Origin: Candidatus Fermentibacterota bacterium
Lineage (GTDB): Bacteria > Fermentibacterota > Fermentibacteria > Fermentibacterales > JCC-6
Assembly (NCBI GenBank): GCA_963845085.1
Contig: CAWJQI010000004.1
Coordinates: 128,001 to 192,000 of the forward strand
Direction of reading: 5' to 3'
Length of the DNA stretch: 64,000 bases
Below are positions 1 to 13,669 of the stretch, piece by piece (position 1 is the first letter of the stretch; each line of letters starts with the position of its first letter). Made by a program: the position numbers and the translations under genes. A model generated the notes under the pieces. That model was not told the DNA's origin, searched no databases, and was given only the letters and a program-made list of their open reading frames with translations.

Positions 1-294
1 TCCGTGGAACGGGCACCTTCCAGTCCAGCCCGACCTCCCCGACAGCGACGGCGTGTCCCAGGGCTTCTTCGAGAAGGGACTCGACCACGCCCTCCTAGCC
101 TTCCACGGGTGGATGCCGAAGGAGGTGAACACGCCGGGAAGACCGTCAAGCGTTTTCATGGCAGTCCAGTCGGCCATGGTGACCGATGGAACGATCAGGG
201 CCGTCACACCGGACAGAAGCGCCCTGCTTCGGACCCCGTCGAGGTCTGCGAAGAGGGGCTCGTCGCAAAGGTGGCAGTGGGTGTCAATCAGCAT
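1..294 (-). pseudogene. tatD: TatD-family hydrolase, N-terminal part (runs off window), with an apparent 1-nt frameshift near 95-97
   Basis: Manual translation from ATG 294 gives MLIDTHCHL...FGIHPWKA (TatD DxHxH and GIHP motifs). The next motif AVGEVGLDW lies in a different frame after ~96. Could be a sequencing error rather than a true pseudogene. Confidence 0.75.
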
Positions 295-1246
295 CGGAGT
301 AGTCTATGGTTCTCTTCCTGAACCCGTAACCCATGACGTCATAGGCATCGTGCAGGACCATGAATGCCTCGGGGTCGATGTCTTTGACCAGTTTCTGCAG
401 GACCATGACCTGCCTTCGATGCACGCAGACGTAGATCACGTCCCTGTCGCGCCGCTCGTATCCGCCCTGTCCCTTCAGAAATGTGACCCCTCGGTCGAGG
501 TGTTCGAAGATGGCGTCACGGATCGCCTCGGACTGGTCGCTGATGATGAAGACCGCCTTGACGAAGGGCATTCCCTCGGCGGCGAGGTCGGTCATCCTTG
601 TGGTCAGGAAGAGGTTGAGGTATGCCCAGATAACGAGCCGGGCATCGCCGAAGACCATGCCCACGATAAGGATGATGATGCTCTCAACCATCCAGTAGCC
701 GGTCGATATGGTCACCCCGGCGTACTTCTTCAGCATTGCAACCGGAATGTCGGTGCCCCCTGTAGACCCCCTGAACCGGAAGATGAGGCCCAGTGCGATC
801 CCGAGAAGGGAGGAACCGGCCACCGACGCAAGCAGGATGTCCATCTCGCTGCCGCCGGTGAGAAGCACTGCAAGCCTCGGAAGCTCCCCTGCCGGGGCTA
901 TGTCGTGAACGAACCGGTCGAAACCCGGTATGAACGAGAGCCTCGCGGGGGCCAGGAGCCAGCACATCCCGTTCGAGATCATCATCCCGACAAAGCTCCG
1001 TACGCCGAACTGCTTTCCCACCATGTAATAGCCCAGAAAGAACAGCGGGATGTTGAAGCCGAACATCCACAGGCTTTCCTGTATGCCGGTGAAGTGGTAA
1101 AGGATCTGGGCGAGCCCCGCCACTCCTCCCGGCGAGATGCGGAAAGGCATGAGAAACCAGGAATAGGCTATCCCGAAAAGTATCGCTCCAAAAAGGATGC
1201 CGATGTAGTCACGATCCGGGAGAAACCGTTTCGCCCCTCGCATCAT
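284..1246 (-). CDS. YitT family (UPF0750) membrane protein with DUF2179 C-terminus
   Basis: PGGVAG, NIPLF, GSTGGTDI, RGVTFLKGQGGY and DPEAFM...DVMGYGF motifs; multiple hydrophobic segments. Confidence 0.9.
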   Translation of the reverse strand: MMRGAKRFLPDRDYIGILFGAILFGIAYSWFLMPFRISPGGVAGLAQILYHFTGIQESLWMFGFNIPLFFLGYYMVGKQFGVRSFVGMMISNGMCWLLAPARLSFIPGFDRFVHDIAPAGELPRLAVLLTGGSEMDILLASVAGSSLLGIALGLIFRFRGSTGGTDIPVAMLKKYAGVTISTGYWMVESIIILIVGMVFGDARLVIWAYLNLFLTTRMTDLAAEGMPFVKAVFIISDQSEAIRDAIFEHLDRGVTFLKGQGGYERRDRDVIYVCVHRRQVMVLQKLVKDIDPEAFMVLHDAYDVMGYGFRKRTIDYSDAD

Positions 1247-1265
1247 GAGTCCGGATCGAACGATG

Positions 1266-1922
1266 TCACTCGGGCAGCTCGAAGGAGGTGAGTCTGGAGG
1301 TGACGCTGGTGTTGTACTGCCCCGCGCCCTGCGTGTAGATGTTCCTCACCATTCCGACGTTGGGCGCGTAGTCCGTGGTGTTCACCACATTGCCGCCCTC
1401 GATCCAGGTGGTGCGCATTTCCGCACAGTCCTCGTAGCTTCCGGCGGGAACGGTCACGTCCTCGGTCATTGAAAGAATCTCCCCCGTCATGCTCGGCTCG
1501 GTGCTGAACGGCCAGATCATCCCCGCGACAAGCGGGAAGGGGACGGTCCAGCTGGAGTCGGTCGAATCGAGCTCGGGATAGCCGAAAAAGCCGTCGTCCG
1601 TGACCCTGATGTAGCTGGTGTCTGTGTTCGTGATCACCATGAGGCCCTGGATCGTATCGGCGACCATGGTTTCCTCGACGAATACCTGAAATCCGCCGCT
1701 GTGCTCTGCCGTTCCGGTGATCCTTACCGTGGAGGCGCCGGTGACGGTATAGCTCAGGGAATCAACGTTGTACGTTCCGATGCGGGAGTAGTTCCAGATG
1801 TTTCCCACTGCGAGCGGGTAGAAACGGGAATCATCACCCTGGGCGGGATCGAAGGGGTCATCGCCGCATGCAGCAACGAGAATGAGAAGTAATGCAACAA
1901 AAACACTTACAGCTACCTTCAT
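1266..1922 (-). CDS. Hypothetical lipoprotein
   Basis: Lipobox LVAAC; YPLAVGNIWNY, VTVPAGSYEDC and YAPNVGMV motifs of a beta-rich lipoprotein family; GGAGG SD upstream. Confidence 0.75.
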   Translation of the reverse strand: MKVAVSVFVALLLILVAACGDDPFDPAQGDDSRFYPLAVGNIWNYSRIGTYNVDSLSYTVTGASTVRITGTAEHSGGFQVFVEETMVADTIQGLMVITNTDTSYIRVTDDGFFGYPELDSTDSSWTVPFPLVAGMIWPFSTEPSMTGEILSMTEDVTVPAGSYEDCAEMRTTWIEGGNVVNTTDYAPNVGMVRNIYTQGAGQYNTSVTSRLTSFELPE

Positions 1923-1976
1923 GGAAAACCTCCGGGATGGATGAGATCCAAAATGCCGAAGACAAGTATTCAGGGT

Positions 1977-2678
1977 TCAGAGAGCGGCGGCAAGTGCGGA
2001 CAGTGCTGGAGCGAACAGTAGCCCGGGAAGGAGGTTCGCCGCCCTCACATGCTTAAGGTCGAGGAGAAGCAGGCCCAGTCCGAGAAGAATGACCCCTCCC
2101 GTGGCAGTCATGTCCGCAGTCATCGATTCGTTCAGAAAGCCCGAGAGTGCCGAGGCGCCGAGGGTAAGCCCCCCCTGTACAACAAGCACGATGAGGGCGG
2201 CGAAAGTCACCCCCATGCCCATCCCGGCGGCGAACGCCATGCCCGCGAAGAAATCGAGAACGCTCTTGATGACAAGGAGAGAGGGGTCACCCCGAAGGCC
2301 GTCCTGCATCGAGCCCACCACCGTCATCGGTCCAACGCAGAAAACAAGCCCGGCAGTGACGAAACCCCTCGTGAACTCACCCCTGGCGAGGAACGGAATT
2401 CGGCCGCAACAGGCCTTGAGCCTCTCGCCGATGCTTTCGAGGCGGTCCTCGAGGCGCATGAGCTCACCGGTTATCCCGCCGATGATGAGGGCGCCCAGAA
2501 CGACAAGAACGTTGCCCGCCCCGAGGAACATCTTCACCCCCATGGCCAGGGTGAAGACCCCGATAACCTGCATCACCGTTTTCTGGATTCCCGCGGGAAA
2601 CCTGGCGCCCATGAGGCTGCCCAGAGTGCCGCCGAGAAGCACTGCGCCAGTGTTTACGAGGGTTCCTGTCATTCCCAC
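1977..2678 (-). CDS. DUF554 family membrane protein (YdfK/YqgA-like)
   Basis: GTLVN, GFVTAGLVFCVGPMTVVGS.QDG and KSVLD motifs; hydrophobic. Confidence 0.9.
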   Translation of the reverse strand: MGMTGTLVNTGAVLLGGTLGSLMGARFPAGIQKTVMQVIGVFTLAMGVKMFLGAGNVLVVLGALIIGGITGELMRLEDRLESIGERLKACCGRIPFLARGEFTRGFVTAGLVFCVGPMTVVGSMQDGLRGDPSLLVIKSVLDFFAGMAFAAGMGMGVTFAALIVLVVQGGLTLGASALSGFLNESMTADMTATGGVILLGLGLLLLDLKHVRAANLLPGLLFAPALSALAAAL

Positions 2679-4206
2679 TCTATGGTGGCAGGCGGCTTCG
2701 AAGAAATGTCGTACACCACTCTGCTGACGCCGGGAACACGGTTTACGATCTCGCTCGCAAGCCTGGCCATGTGTTCGGGATCCATCCTGTACCAGTCCGC
2801 CGTCATGCCGTCGGTGCTTGTTACGGCGCGGAGGGCAGCCACCCTGTGGTAGGTGCGCTCGTCACCCATCACCCCAACCGTCCGTATCGGAAGCAGGACA
2901 GAAAACGCCTGCCAGATCTCGTGATAGAGGTTGTTGGCCCTCAGATACCCTATGAAGACCGAGTCGACCCTGCGAAGCAGGTCAAGGTCTTCCCTGTCAA
3001 CCGGTCCGAGGATCCGGACCGCAAGCCCCGGGCCGGGAAAGGGGTGGCGGTCGACCATCTCGTCGGGCAGCCCCAGCTCCCTTCCGAGTTCCCTCACTTC
3101 GTCCTTGAAGAGCTCGCGGAGCGGTTCCAGAAGGGAGAGGTGCATCCTTTCAGGAAGCCCCCCGACATTATGATGGCTTTTGATCGTTGCGGAAGGGCCC
3201 CTGAAGCTTACGCTCTCGATTACATCGGGGTAGAGTGTGCCCTGTGCAAGATGTGTTGCGCCGGGGATGCCCGCAGCGGCCTTCTCGAACAGCTCGATGA
3301 ACACCCTGCCGATGATCTTCCTTTTGCGCTCCGGGTCGAACACCCCGGCGAGTTCGTCGAGGAATGCGTCGGCACCGTCTATTACGACAAGAGGCATTTT
3401 GAAATGATCACGGAAGGTGGCTTCGACCTGTTCCCTCTCGCCGGCCCTGAGCAGCCCGTTGTCAATGAAAATGGGCGTGAACCTTCCCGGCACCGCGCGG
3501 TGGAGAAGGGCTGCAACTACAGAGCTGTCCACTCCCCCGGAAAGACCGAGGATCACCCTGCCCTCCGCGCCAAGCTCCCTGCGGATGGCCTCGGAGGCTT
3601 CAACGGCGTAGGCCTTCATGTTCCATTTCGGCTCGAGCCGAGCTATCCCGAAAAGAAACCTTCGCAGAAAGTCCGTTCCGAAGACGGTGTGGTTCACCTC
3701 GGGGTGGAACTGCACACCGAACCTCTTCGCTCCGGGATTCTCCATGGCGGCTATCGGAAGGAGCGAAGTTGAAGCGGCAACCGTATAGCCCGGCGGAAGG
3801 CCTGTCACCCTGTCGCCGTGGCTCATCCATGCCTGAAGGCCAGGCTCCTGCCCCTTCAGCAGAACGCTGCCCTCACTCGGGTACAAAGCAGCCGGACCAA
3901 ACTCGCGGTGATGCCCTCCCTCAACCTTTCCACCGGTATGATGGGCGAGGAGCTGCATCCCGTAGCAGATCCCGAGAACCGGAAGGTCGGAAGTGAAAAC
4001 TTCAGGGGCCGGGTGCGGCGAGCCTTCCCTGTAGACGCTGAACGGGCTTCCGGAGAGGATCACAGCCCCGGGTTCCATGCGAAGCACACGGCTCCATGGG
4101 GCATCGCCGGGGAGAAGCTCGCAGTATACGCCTGCTTCCCTCACTCTCCTGGCTATCAGCTGGGAGTACTGGCTGCCAAAATCAAGGATGGCCACGCCCC
4201 CGGGAA

Positions 4207-4210
<4 letters not shown>
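2669..4210 (-). CDS. guaA: GMP synthase (glutamine-hydrolysing)
   Basis: LDFGSQY, GICYGMQ, QFHPEV, SGGVDS, IKSHHNVGGLP, C-terminal KPPATIEWE. Confidence 0.98.
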
Positions 4211-7328
<3,118 letters not shown>

Positions 7329-7397
7329 TCACCCGAGGGCACACTATATTACGATGTCAATTTACATGTTCCGTCAACCCTGAAGGGGAACAAAAAC

Positions 7398-10064
7398 ATG
7401 AAACAAGCGTTTACCGCAGTGTTGCTCATTTCAGCCTCGGCCCTCGCGGTCCCCGAGGTGAGTGTTCTGGATAACGGGCTTACCGTGATCACAGAAGATA
7501 TGGATTATACCAGGTCGGTCGCGGTGGTGATCCAGTACAATGTCGGAAGCAGGAACGAGACCGATGACATCGCCGGCATAAGCCACTTCACTGAACACAT
7601 GCTGTTCAACGGCACACCCGGCATGCCCGACACCCGCCTGTGGCAAATCGTAGAGAAGAACGGTGGTTATGCCAACGGCGGCACGAATGAGGATTGCACG
7701 ACCTATTTTCTGCAGTTCCCGGCAGCGCGGCTTTCAGAGGCTCTTGCCATCGAGAGCGACAGGATGAGGAACTGCGGGATGGATTCGGCTGCAGTTGCGG
7801 AGGAGATCGGCGTCGTCCTCGACGAGTGGCGCCTTGGTGAGGACAACCCGGAGTGGGCGCTTTGGCGCAGGGTTGGCGAACTGATGCACCCGGTTCACCC
7901 CTACCGAAGGTCTGTTCTCGGCAGTGGGGAAACCATCACGGCATTCACCCGCGAATCCGTCAGGGACTACTACGACACATGGTATCAGCCCTCAAACGCT
8001 GTTCTGGTGATAGCGGGCGACATCGATACCGGCGAGACGCTCGCGCTTGTCGAGGAATACTTCGGAGCGATACCCGGGGCTTTCGTACCCGGACTCGAGT
8101 TGCCGGCGGACCCTCCCCTGAACGGACCGATCCTTGATTCCTTCCTCTTTCCCGTGGAGGGCGAGAGGCTCATGATTGCCTTTCAGGGTTGCGACCAGCT
8201 GCACCCCGATGCAGTGGCGCTATCGTTTCTTTCCACATACCTCTCCTCAGGGCGCACATCCTGGTTCGAGAACAACCTTGTCCTGCCCGGGCTGGCTTCC
8301 GAAGCCTACGCCTATTCCCCCGGCAGCATTGATCCCGAGGCATTCACGGTCTACGCAGCCCTCCAGGACGGGGCAGACCCCGACTCGGTTTCGCAGCTCA
8401 TCCTCGGGGAGATGCACCGTCTCGCAACGGACCTTCTCGATCAGGACACTCTTGACCGCATCAAGCAGAGGTATGCCGCGAGGGATGTATTTTCATCCGA
8501 CAGCCCCCTCGACATTGCCATGCGCAGGGCCTACAGCTGGGGCGCTTCAGGTGATCCCCTCCACAGGGAGAAGCTCCTCGAGGCGATCAGCGCCCTGACT
8601 GCCGAGGAGATCAGGGATGCCGCCCAGCGTTACTTCACCCCGGAACGCATGGTCCTTGTGGTCATGAGCCCTGGCGGCGAGGCACCCGCTTCGTCGGCGG
8701 ACAGTGACCCTCACAGGGAGCTCGTCCCGCCGGATGACATGAACTGGGACGGGCTTGTGATAACCGAGGCCGACCTTTCCGTTCCCGATAGGTCAGTATC
8801 CTTCGGCGTAACGCGTTTCACTCTCGAAAACGGTCTCACGCTGCTCGTGAAGGATGACCATTCATTCCCCATAGTTGAGATCATGTTCAGCTTCCCCATG
8901 GGCGACGGAAGAACAACGCCGGACATGGCGGGGCTCTCCGCCCTTGCCGCCGAGACCATGCTCGGGGGCACTGAAACGCTGGACAGGCTCGCCTTTCACA
9001 GCAGGCTCGAGGAACTCGGCGCAGGAACATGGCTGAACCCAAACCCTTCGTACACACTGGGAAACACATACGGACTGAGCGGTGATGCCGGGGTGCTCTT
9101 CGCGTCGACGGCCGATCTGCTCCGAAGGCCTGCAATGCGTGAGGAAGACTTCCTGTCCGCACGGGACAGGATGGTCGGCATGCTGCGCGCGTCTCTTGAA
9201 CAGCCCATGGGCCGCCTGTTCTGCGAGTCCGACCTGGTCATCGCGTCAGAGGGAACGGCATCGATCGTCACCGAGACTACCCTCGCATCGATATCCATCG
9301 ACGACGTTAAAAACTTCCACGCCCTTTGCGCCAGACCTTCTGAAACGGTCATTGCGGTCGTGGGTGACATCACCCCCGAACAGGCCCTTTTCGAGGTTGA
9401 AAGGCACTTCGCGGACTGGACAGAACCCGATGGGCAGCTGCCCGCCCTCTCCGAGTACCAGTTCAGACCGGTTCCGGGGGATACAATGGTCGCATCGATA
9501 CCGGGACGGATCCAGGCGGCCACAACCGTGATGTGCCCCGCACCGGGGCTCGATTCCCCGGACGAACCGGCTTTCAACATGGCTGTGCGCATCCTGGGTG
9601 CCGGAATTTCCAGCCGTCTCGGTCGTTACATCCGGGAGCAGCAGGGGCTTGCCTATTCAGTATGGGCCTACTCCGACGCAGGTTCAACCGGTTTCAGGAA
9701 TACGGCCATGTTCAGAGCCGTGTATTCGACAGGCGCATCGATGAACACAAGAGCTCTGCGGTCAACGGTCAACGAGTGTGAGCGCATCGCCTCGGAAGGC
9801 GTCGAACCGATGGAGCTTCTCATCGAGCAGTCAAGGGCGGTGGGCTCCCAGGCGCTCGGCTTCGACACTTACGGCGACCTTGCGCAATACCTTGTCGAGA
9901 TGGAGGCTTCGGGGCTTCCTCTGGACAGGGACATACGGCGGCTTGAACAGATAACCGCCCTGACGGCCGATCAGGTAAGGGATGCGGCGGCGAGGTACTT
10001 CACCGGCGACTGGTTCGTCTATTCGGCGGGGGGAGTGGGAGAGGAACTGGAACCGCTCGAGTAG
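7398..10064 (+). CDS. Secreted M16 (pitrilysin-like) zinc peptidase, two-module
   Basis: Signal peptide, LDNGLTV, inverted zinc motif HFTEH; second LENGLTL module lacks the motif; IREQQGLAYSV. Confidence 0.92.
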   Translation: MKQAFTAVLLISASALAVPEVSVLDNGLTVITEDMDYTRSVAVVIQYNVGSRNETDDIAGISHFTEHMLFNGTPGMPDTRLWQIVEKNGGYANGGTNEDCTTYFLQFPAARLSEALAIESDRMRNCGMDSAAVAEEIGVVLDEWRLGEDNPEWALWRRVGELMHPVHPYRRSVLGSGETITAFTRESVRDYYDTWYQPSNAVLVIAGDIDTGETLALVEEYFGAIPGAFVPGLELPADPPLNGPILDSFLFPVEGERLMIAFQGCDQLHPDAVALSFLSTYLSSGRTSWFENNLVLPGLASEAYAYSPGSIDPEAFTVYAALQDGADPDSVSQLILGEMHRLATDLLDQDTLDRIKQRYAARDVFSSDSPLDIAMRRAYSWGASGDPLHREKLLEAISALTAEEIRDAAQRYFTPERMVLVVMSPGGEAPASSADSDPHRELVPPDDMNWDGLVITEADLSVPDRSVSFGVTRFTLENGLTLLVKDDHSFPIVEIMFSFPMGDGRTTPDMAGLSALAAETMLGGTETLDRLAFHSRLEELGAGTWLNPNPSYTLGNTYGLSGDAGVLFASTADLLRRPAMREEDFLSARDRMVGMLRASLEQPMGRLFCESDLVIASEGTASIVTETTLASISIDDVKNFHALCARPSETVIAVVGDITPEQALFEVERHFADWTEPDGQLPALSEYQFRPVPGDTMVASIPGRIQAATTVMCPAPGLDSPDEPAFNMAVRILGAGISSRLGRYIREQQGLAYSVWAYSDAGSTGFRNTAMFRAVYSTGASMNTRALRSTVNECERIASEGVEPMELLIEQSRAVGSQALGFDTYGDLAQYLVEMEASGLPLDRDIRRLEQITALTADQVRDAAARYFTGDWFVYSAGGVGEELEPLE

Positions 10065-10074
10065 GCAGAGCGGA

Positions 10075-10869
10075 TCAGTGGTTTTTCGGCCTGCCGAGCG
10101 TGATGCTGATGCAGCTATCGGGATCGACGCCCCTGTAGGCGGAAAGAAGCCCGCGCAGGGCTCCCTCGAGCGCCCTTGCCGGAAAACCCGTGAGGGGAAC
10201 ACCGATCCCGTCGCTGCGAAGTTCAACCTCCCCCGAGCACTTGTCGGGACAGGATTCACAGCGCGATACCGCTCCGGTGAGTATCCTTACCGCTTCGAGG
10301 GCCATCATTGAAGCAACAAGGCATACCCTTGCGGAAAGCGTTCCCAGGCTGAGCTGGGATGCCCCGTCACCGATCATCACGAGGTTCCTGCGTCTGTCGA
10401 TCGTGACAGATGAGGGGTCACCCATGCCTGCAAGGCCGCTGCACGCGACAACAGGCGTGTCCGGCAGCGCGGAAAGCCAGGCGTTGAGCAGCATCTCCTT
10501 CGATTCATCGAGGTCAAGGGCTTCGACAAGAAGGTCACACCCCGTGAACAGGGAGACCGCGTTGGCCGAATCGATGAGATCCTCCCGGGTTTCAACAACG
10601 GTCCCGGCCTCGATGCCGAGGATCTCCCGCCTGAGGGCTTCGACCTTGCGCATGCCGATATGCTCTGCGAAATAGCACTGACGGTTCAGGTTCCTCTCCT
10701 CGACCCTGTCGAAATCGATGAGAACGAGCCTTCCAACTCCGGCCCTCGCAAGCATGAGGGCGACATTGCTTCCAATCCCGCCGCATCCGGCGATGCCCAC
10801 ACTGGAGCCCGCAAGTTTTTCTCTGAGACCGGCAGGATTGTCCCTGAAAACCTCTTCACCCCTGTTCAA
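10075..10869 (-). CDS. thiF: ThiF-family sulfur-carrier adenylyltransferase with extra C-terminal domain
   Basis: GIAGCGGIGS, LARAGVG, DFDRVE..NLNRQ, EALD motifs. Confidence 0.85.
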   Translation of the reverse strand: MNRGEEVFRDNPAGLREKLAGSSVGIAGCGGIGSNVALMLARAGVGRLVLIDFDRVEERNLNRQCYFAEHIGMRKVEALRREILGIEAGTVVETREDLIDSANAVSLFTGCDLLVEALDLDESKEMLLNAWLSALPDTPVVACSGLAGMGDPSSVTIDRRRNLVMIGDGASQLSLGTLSARVCLVASMMALEAVRILTGAVSRCESCPDKCSGEVELRSDGIGVPLTGFPARALEGALRGLLSAYRGVDPDSCISITLGRPKNH

Positions 10870-10883
10870 GGCGTCCCTCCCAT

Positions 10884-12257
10884 TTACAGCAGAACGAGCC
10901 TCCGAGTGGCAGCCGTTCCGTCGGATCCCCTGTATAGAACGATGTAGGCGCCTCCCGGAAGCTCCCCCATCGGAATGACACTGCTTCCATCCCCGTCTGC
11001 CTGAATACGGGCAACCCTTCTGCCGGCGAGATCGTAGACTTCTATGGTACCCGGGCCTGATGGATGTGACACGGTGACTTCCTGAAAAGCGGGAACCGGA
11101 GACACATGGAGAATTATTGTTGATCCCGCTTCAGGATCCATGCCGGTGTACTGCGGATGCGGCCCGTAGTGGAACCCCATGTCCGCCTGGCCGGCATCGG
11201 TGACCTGGTCGGTCCTGGTCCAGTAAAGGCCCAGGCCCGATCCCGCCGAGGGCTCTGAACCCGCGTCGACACAGGGGCTGTCCTGGGGCTGCCCTGAGGC
11301 AGTCTGGGACAAATAGTACCCGTTGAGGAAGACAGGATTCTCGGAAATGTTGCCGTTCTGACCCGTTCCGTCCGGCAGGTTGCCCCAGTCACCGTCAGGG
11401 TTGCCCCAGATGCAGTTGTGGTTGAACTGCGGATCCCCCCCGCCGTCGATCCACAGTGCGGGTGTGATGTTTCCCGACACGATGCAGTCGTGAACAACCG
11501 CGCTTGAACCGACACGGAAGTAAATGGCGCTTCCCTCGTACAGGGTGGAGTTGCCTGAGAAGGTGCACCAGCCGACGTCAGGATCGGAATAGGCGTAGCA
11601 GTAAAGGCCGGCCCCGTTGTCCCATGCGTAGTTGTCGGCAAAAAGGCAGTTCCAGACGACCGGCGAACTGTGGAACAGGTAAACCCCGCCTCCGTCGTCA
11701 TTCGAGTTGTTGTCCTCGAAAACGCAGGACTGCAGCACGGCGGCGTCGGTGGAGTAGAAGTAGATTCCCGCACCTGACGTGTTGCAGGAGTTCATGTTGA
11801 ACGAGCAGGACACGAAGATTGGCGCCCCCCTCCAAAGGTATGCTGCACCACCGCTGCCCGCATGACAGCCGTTGAACTCGACAGCCGTGATGCTCGGACT
11901 TGCGTAATAGCAGAACAGGCCTCCCCCGAGCTCCGGTGCTGTTCCGCCTGTAACGGTGAATCCCGCGAGCACCGTGCTTCTGTCCAGCGTGTCCGAGGTG
12001 AAGCCGTCGAGATGGATCACCGAGGCTGAAAGCCCATCACCGTTCAGGACCACCGTTTCAGGGTCGGACATGCTGCCGAGAAGCGTAATGCCGTTGTGTG
12101 AGCCGTTCATAAACACCAGGTTTTCCCCGGAGCCCTCATGAACACCGGGCAGGAGAAGAACGGTATCACCCGCTGCGGATGCGTCCAGGGCGTCCTGAAT
12201 GCTTTCCCCCGGGGATACCTGCACAAGACCTGCAAAAACCGCCAGCAGCATGATCAT
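10884..12257 (-). CDS. Secreted right-handed parallel beta-helix (Pmp-like repeat) protein with T9SS-like C-terminal domain
   Basis: SIQDALDA..AGDTVLLLPG, repeated F..N...GGG/GAG units, SPCVDAG, C-terminal VYDLAGRRV...LPGGAY; ATG 12257 overlaps upstream stop (ATGA). Confidence 0.85.
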   Translation of the reverse strand: MIMLLAVFAGLVQVSPGESIQDALDASAAGDTVLLLPGVHEGSGENLVFMNGSHNGITLLGSMSDPETVVLNGDGLSASVIHLDGFTSDTLDRSTVLAGFTVTGGTAPELGGGLFCYYASPSITAVEFNGCHAGSGGAAYLWRGAPIFVSCSFNMNSCNTSGAGIYFYSTDAAVLQSCVFEDNNSNDDGGGVYLFHSSPVVWNCLFADNYAWDNGAGLYCYAYSDPDVGWCTFSGNSTLYEGSAIYFRVGSSAVVHDCIVSGNITPALWIDGGGDPQFNHNCIWGNPDGDWGNLPDGTGQNGNISENPVFLNGYYLSQTASGQPQDSPCVDAGSEPSAGSGLGLYWTRTDQVTDAGQADMGFHYGPHPQYTGMDPEAGSTIILHVSPVPAFQEVTVSHPSGPGTIEVYDLAGRRVARIQADGDGSSVIPMGELPGGAYIVLYRGSDGTAATRRLVLL

Positions 12258-13669
12258 CTCAGCACGACCGTTCCGGCCACGGCCACACCATTCGCCCCGG
12301 TGCAGCGGATGAACAGGATCCCCGCCGGGATCCCGCCCGGTACCGTCCAGGCGGTCTCGACCTCCCCACTGCACGTTACATCACCAATATCGGCGAGCAG
12401 CCTGCCGTAGAGGTCGAAGGCGGCGAGGTGAACGGCTATGGAATCGATGGAACTGATCCGTATCGTCAGCGAGCCTGTGCTCGGGCAGGGATAAAGCCCG
12501 AGTTGAAAGGGTTCCGGCTGCGGGTCCGGTGACCACAGCAAGGCAAATGGGTTGAAGTGGTACCCCATGTCGGCGGTGTTCTGGTCCGGAATGCTGTCGG
12601 TACGGGTGGAGAACCAATCGACCGGGCTTCCCGCAGCCGGAACATGACCGGCATCGAAGCAGGGGCTGTCAAGCGGCTGGCCGGAGGACAACTGTGACAG
12701 CCTGAGCAGGCTGTCGGCGTAAAGGGGGTCTTCCGAGATGTTCCCGAACGAGCCCGTGGGATCTTCCATGTTGACGTAGTTCGCATACTCGTTGTCCCAG
12801 ACGCAGCAGTGACTTACAAAAACCGATTCGTCGCTGTTCTTGCGCTGCACACCGCCCTTGCCCTGGCTGTGGGTCACCAGGCACGATTCAAGGGCAAGGC
12901 TGTCAGCCGACGATACAAGGATCCCTCCTCCGTCGTCGTTGCAGGAGTTGTCATGCAGGGTGCAGAACTGCATGAAAAGCCTTCCCCGGAGATGCATCAC
13001 GCCCCCTCCGTCATCACCGGCCTGATTGCCGTGCAGAAGGACGTTCCTTGCCGTTGTGTCACCGAGGTAGGCGTAGATCCCTCCTCCATCGTCCTCGCTT
13101 GTGTTCCAGCATACCGATGAGTGCTCGAGGAGTGCGTCACTTCCATAGAAGCACACACCTCCGCCCGACACCAGGGCGAGGTTGTTCTGCACGACCATGC
13201 CCGTCAGGGAGGGAGCACCCCCCTCCGCGAAGATACCGCCCCCCATGAGGGCGCTGTTGTCTTCGACAGTGCAGTACGAAACGGTGCAGGATGCATTGGC
13301 CATGCACAGCCCGCCTCCGCCGAACCACTGGCCCGAGACGGGGTTCCCACCGGTGAGGGTAAGGTGCCTCAGCACGGTGTCATCTCCGAGAGGGCCCTGC
13401 AGTACGATAACGGGACGATTGTACCCGGCGCCGTCAAGGATCGCGGGGCTGATTGAGTCCGACATTATCACGACGCCGTCGTTTTCTGGAAGGACGTGCA
13501 GCAGCGGGAGGTCATCGGCCCTCGTGTAGGTTCCGGTATTGAAGTACAACGTGTCACCCGCGCCAAGGGCCTGAAGGCTGTCCTGGAAGGCATCGCCGGG
13601 CCACACTTCAACCCTCGAGGCGACCGCGAGGGCACTCGGAATGATAACCAGCAGGAACAGCCACCTCAT
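12254..13669 (-). CDS. Secreted right-handed parallel beta-helix protein with T9SS-like C-terminal domain
   Basis: Signal peptide; repeated N.A..GGG units; SPCFDAG...TRTD..PD...ADMGYH; C-terminal FDLYGRL...IPAGILF. Confidence 0.85.
   Translation of the reverse strand: MRWLFLLVIIPSALAVASRVEVWPGDAFQDSLQALGAGDTLYFNTGTYTRADDLPLLHVLPENDGVVIMSDSISPAILDGAGYNRPVIVLQGPLGDDTVLRHLTLTGGNPVSGQWFGGGGLCMANASCTVSYCTVEDNSALMGGGIFAEGGAPSLTGMVVQNNLALVSGGGVCFYGSDALLEHSSVCWNTSEDDGGGIYAYLGDTTARNVLLHGNQAGDDGGGVMHLRGRLFMQFCTLHDNSCNDDGGGILVSSADSLALESCLVTHSQGKGGVQRKNSDESVFVSHCCVWDNEYANYVNMEDPTGSFGNISEDPLYADSLLRLSQLSSGQPLDSPCFDAGHVPAAGSPVDWFSTRTDSIPDQNTADMGYHFNPFALLWSPDPQPEPFQLGLYPCPSTGSLTIRISSIDSIAVHLAAFDLYGRLLADIGDVTCSGEVETAWTVPGGIPAGILFIRCTGANGVAVAGTVVLR

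Noticed and set aside
53..1291. Long plus-strand ORF (412 aa) and many similar antisense ORFs (e.g. 5322-6443, 39464-40726, 58609-60192)
   Set aside because: Shadow ORFs opposite well-supported genes, expected at high GC; no recognisable motifs
11400..13330. Periodic GGG/GAG repeats considered as a DNA repeat array or CRISPR
   Set aside because: Protein-level beta-helix repeats with no conserved nucleotide repeat-spacer structure
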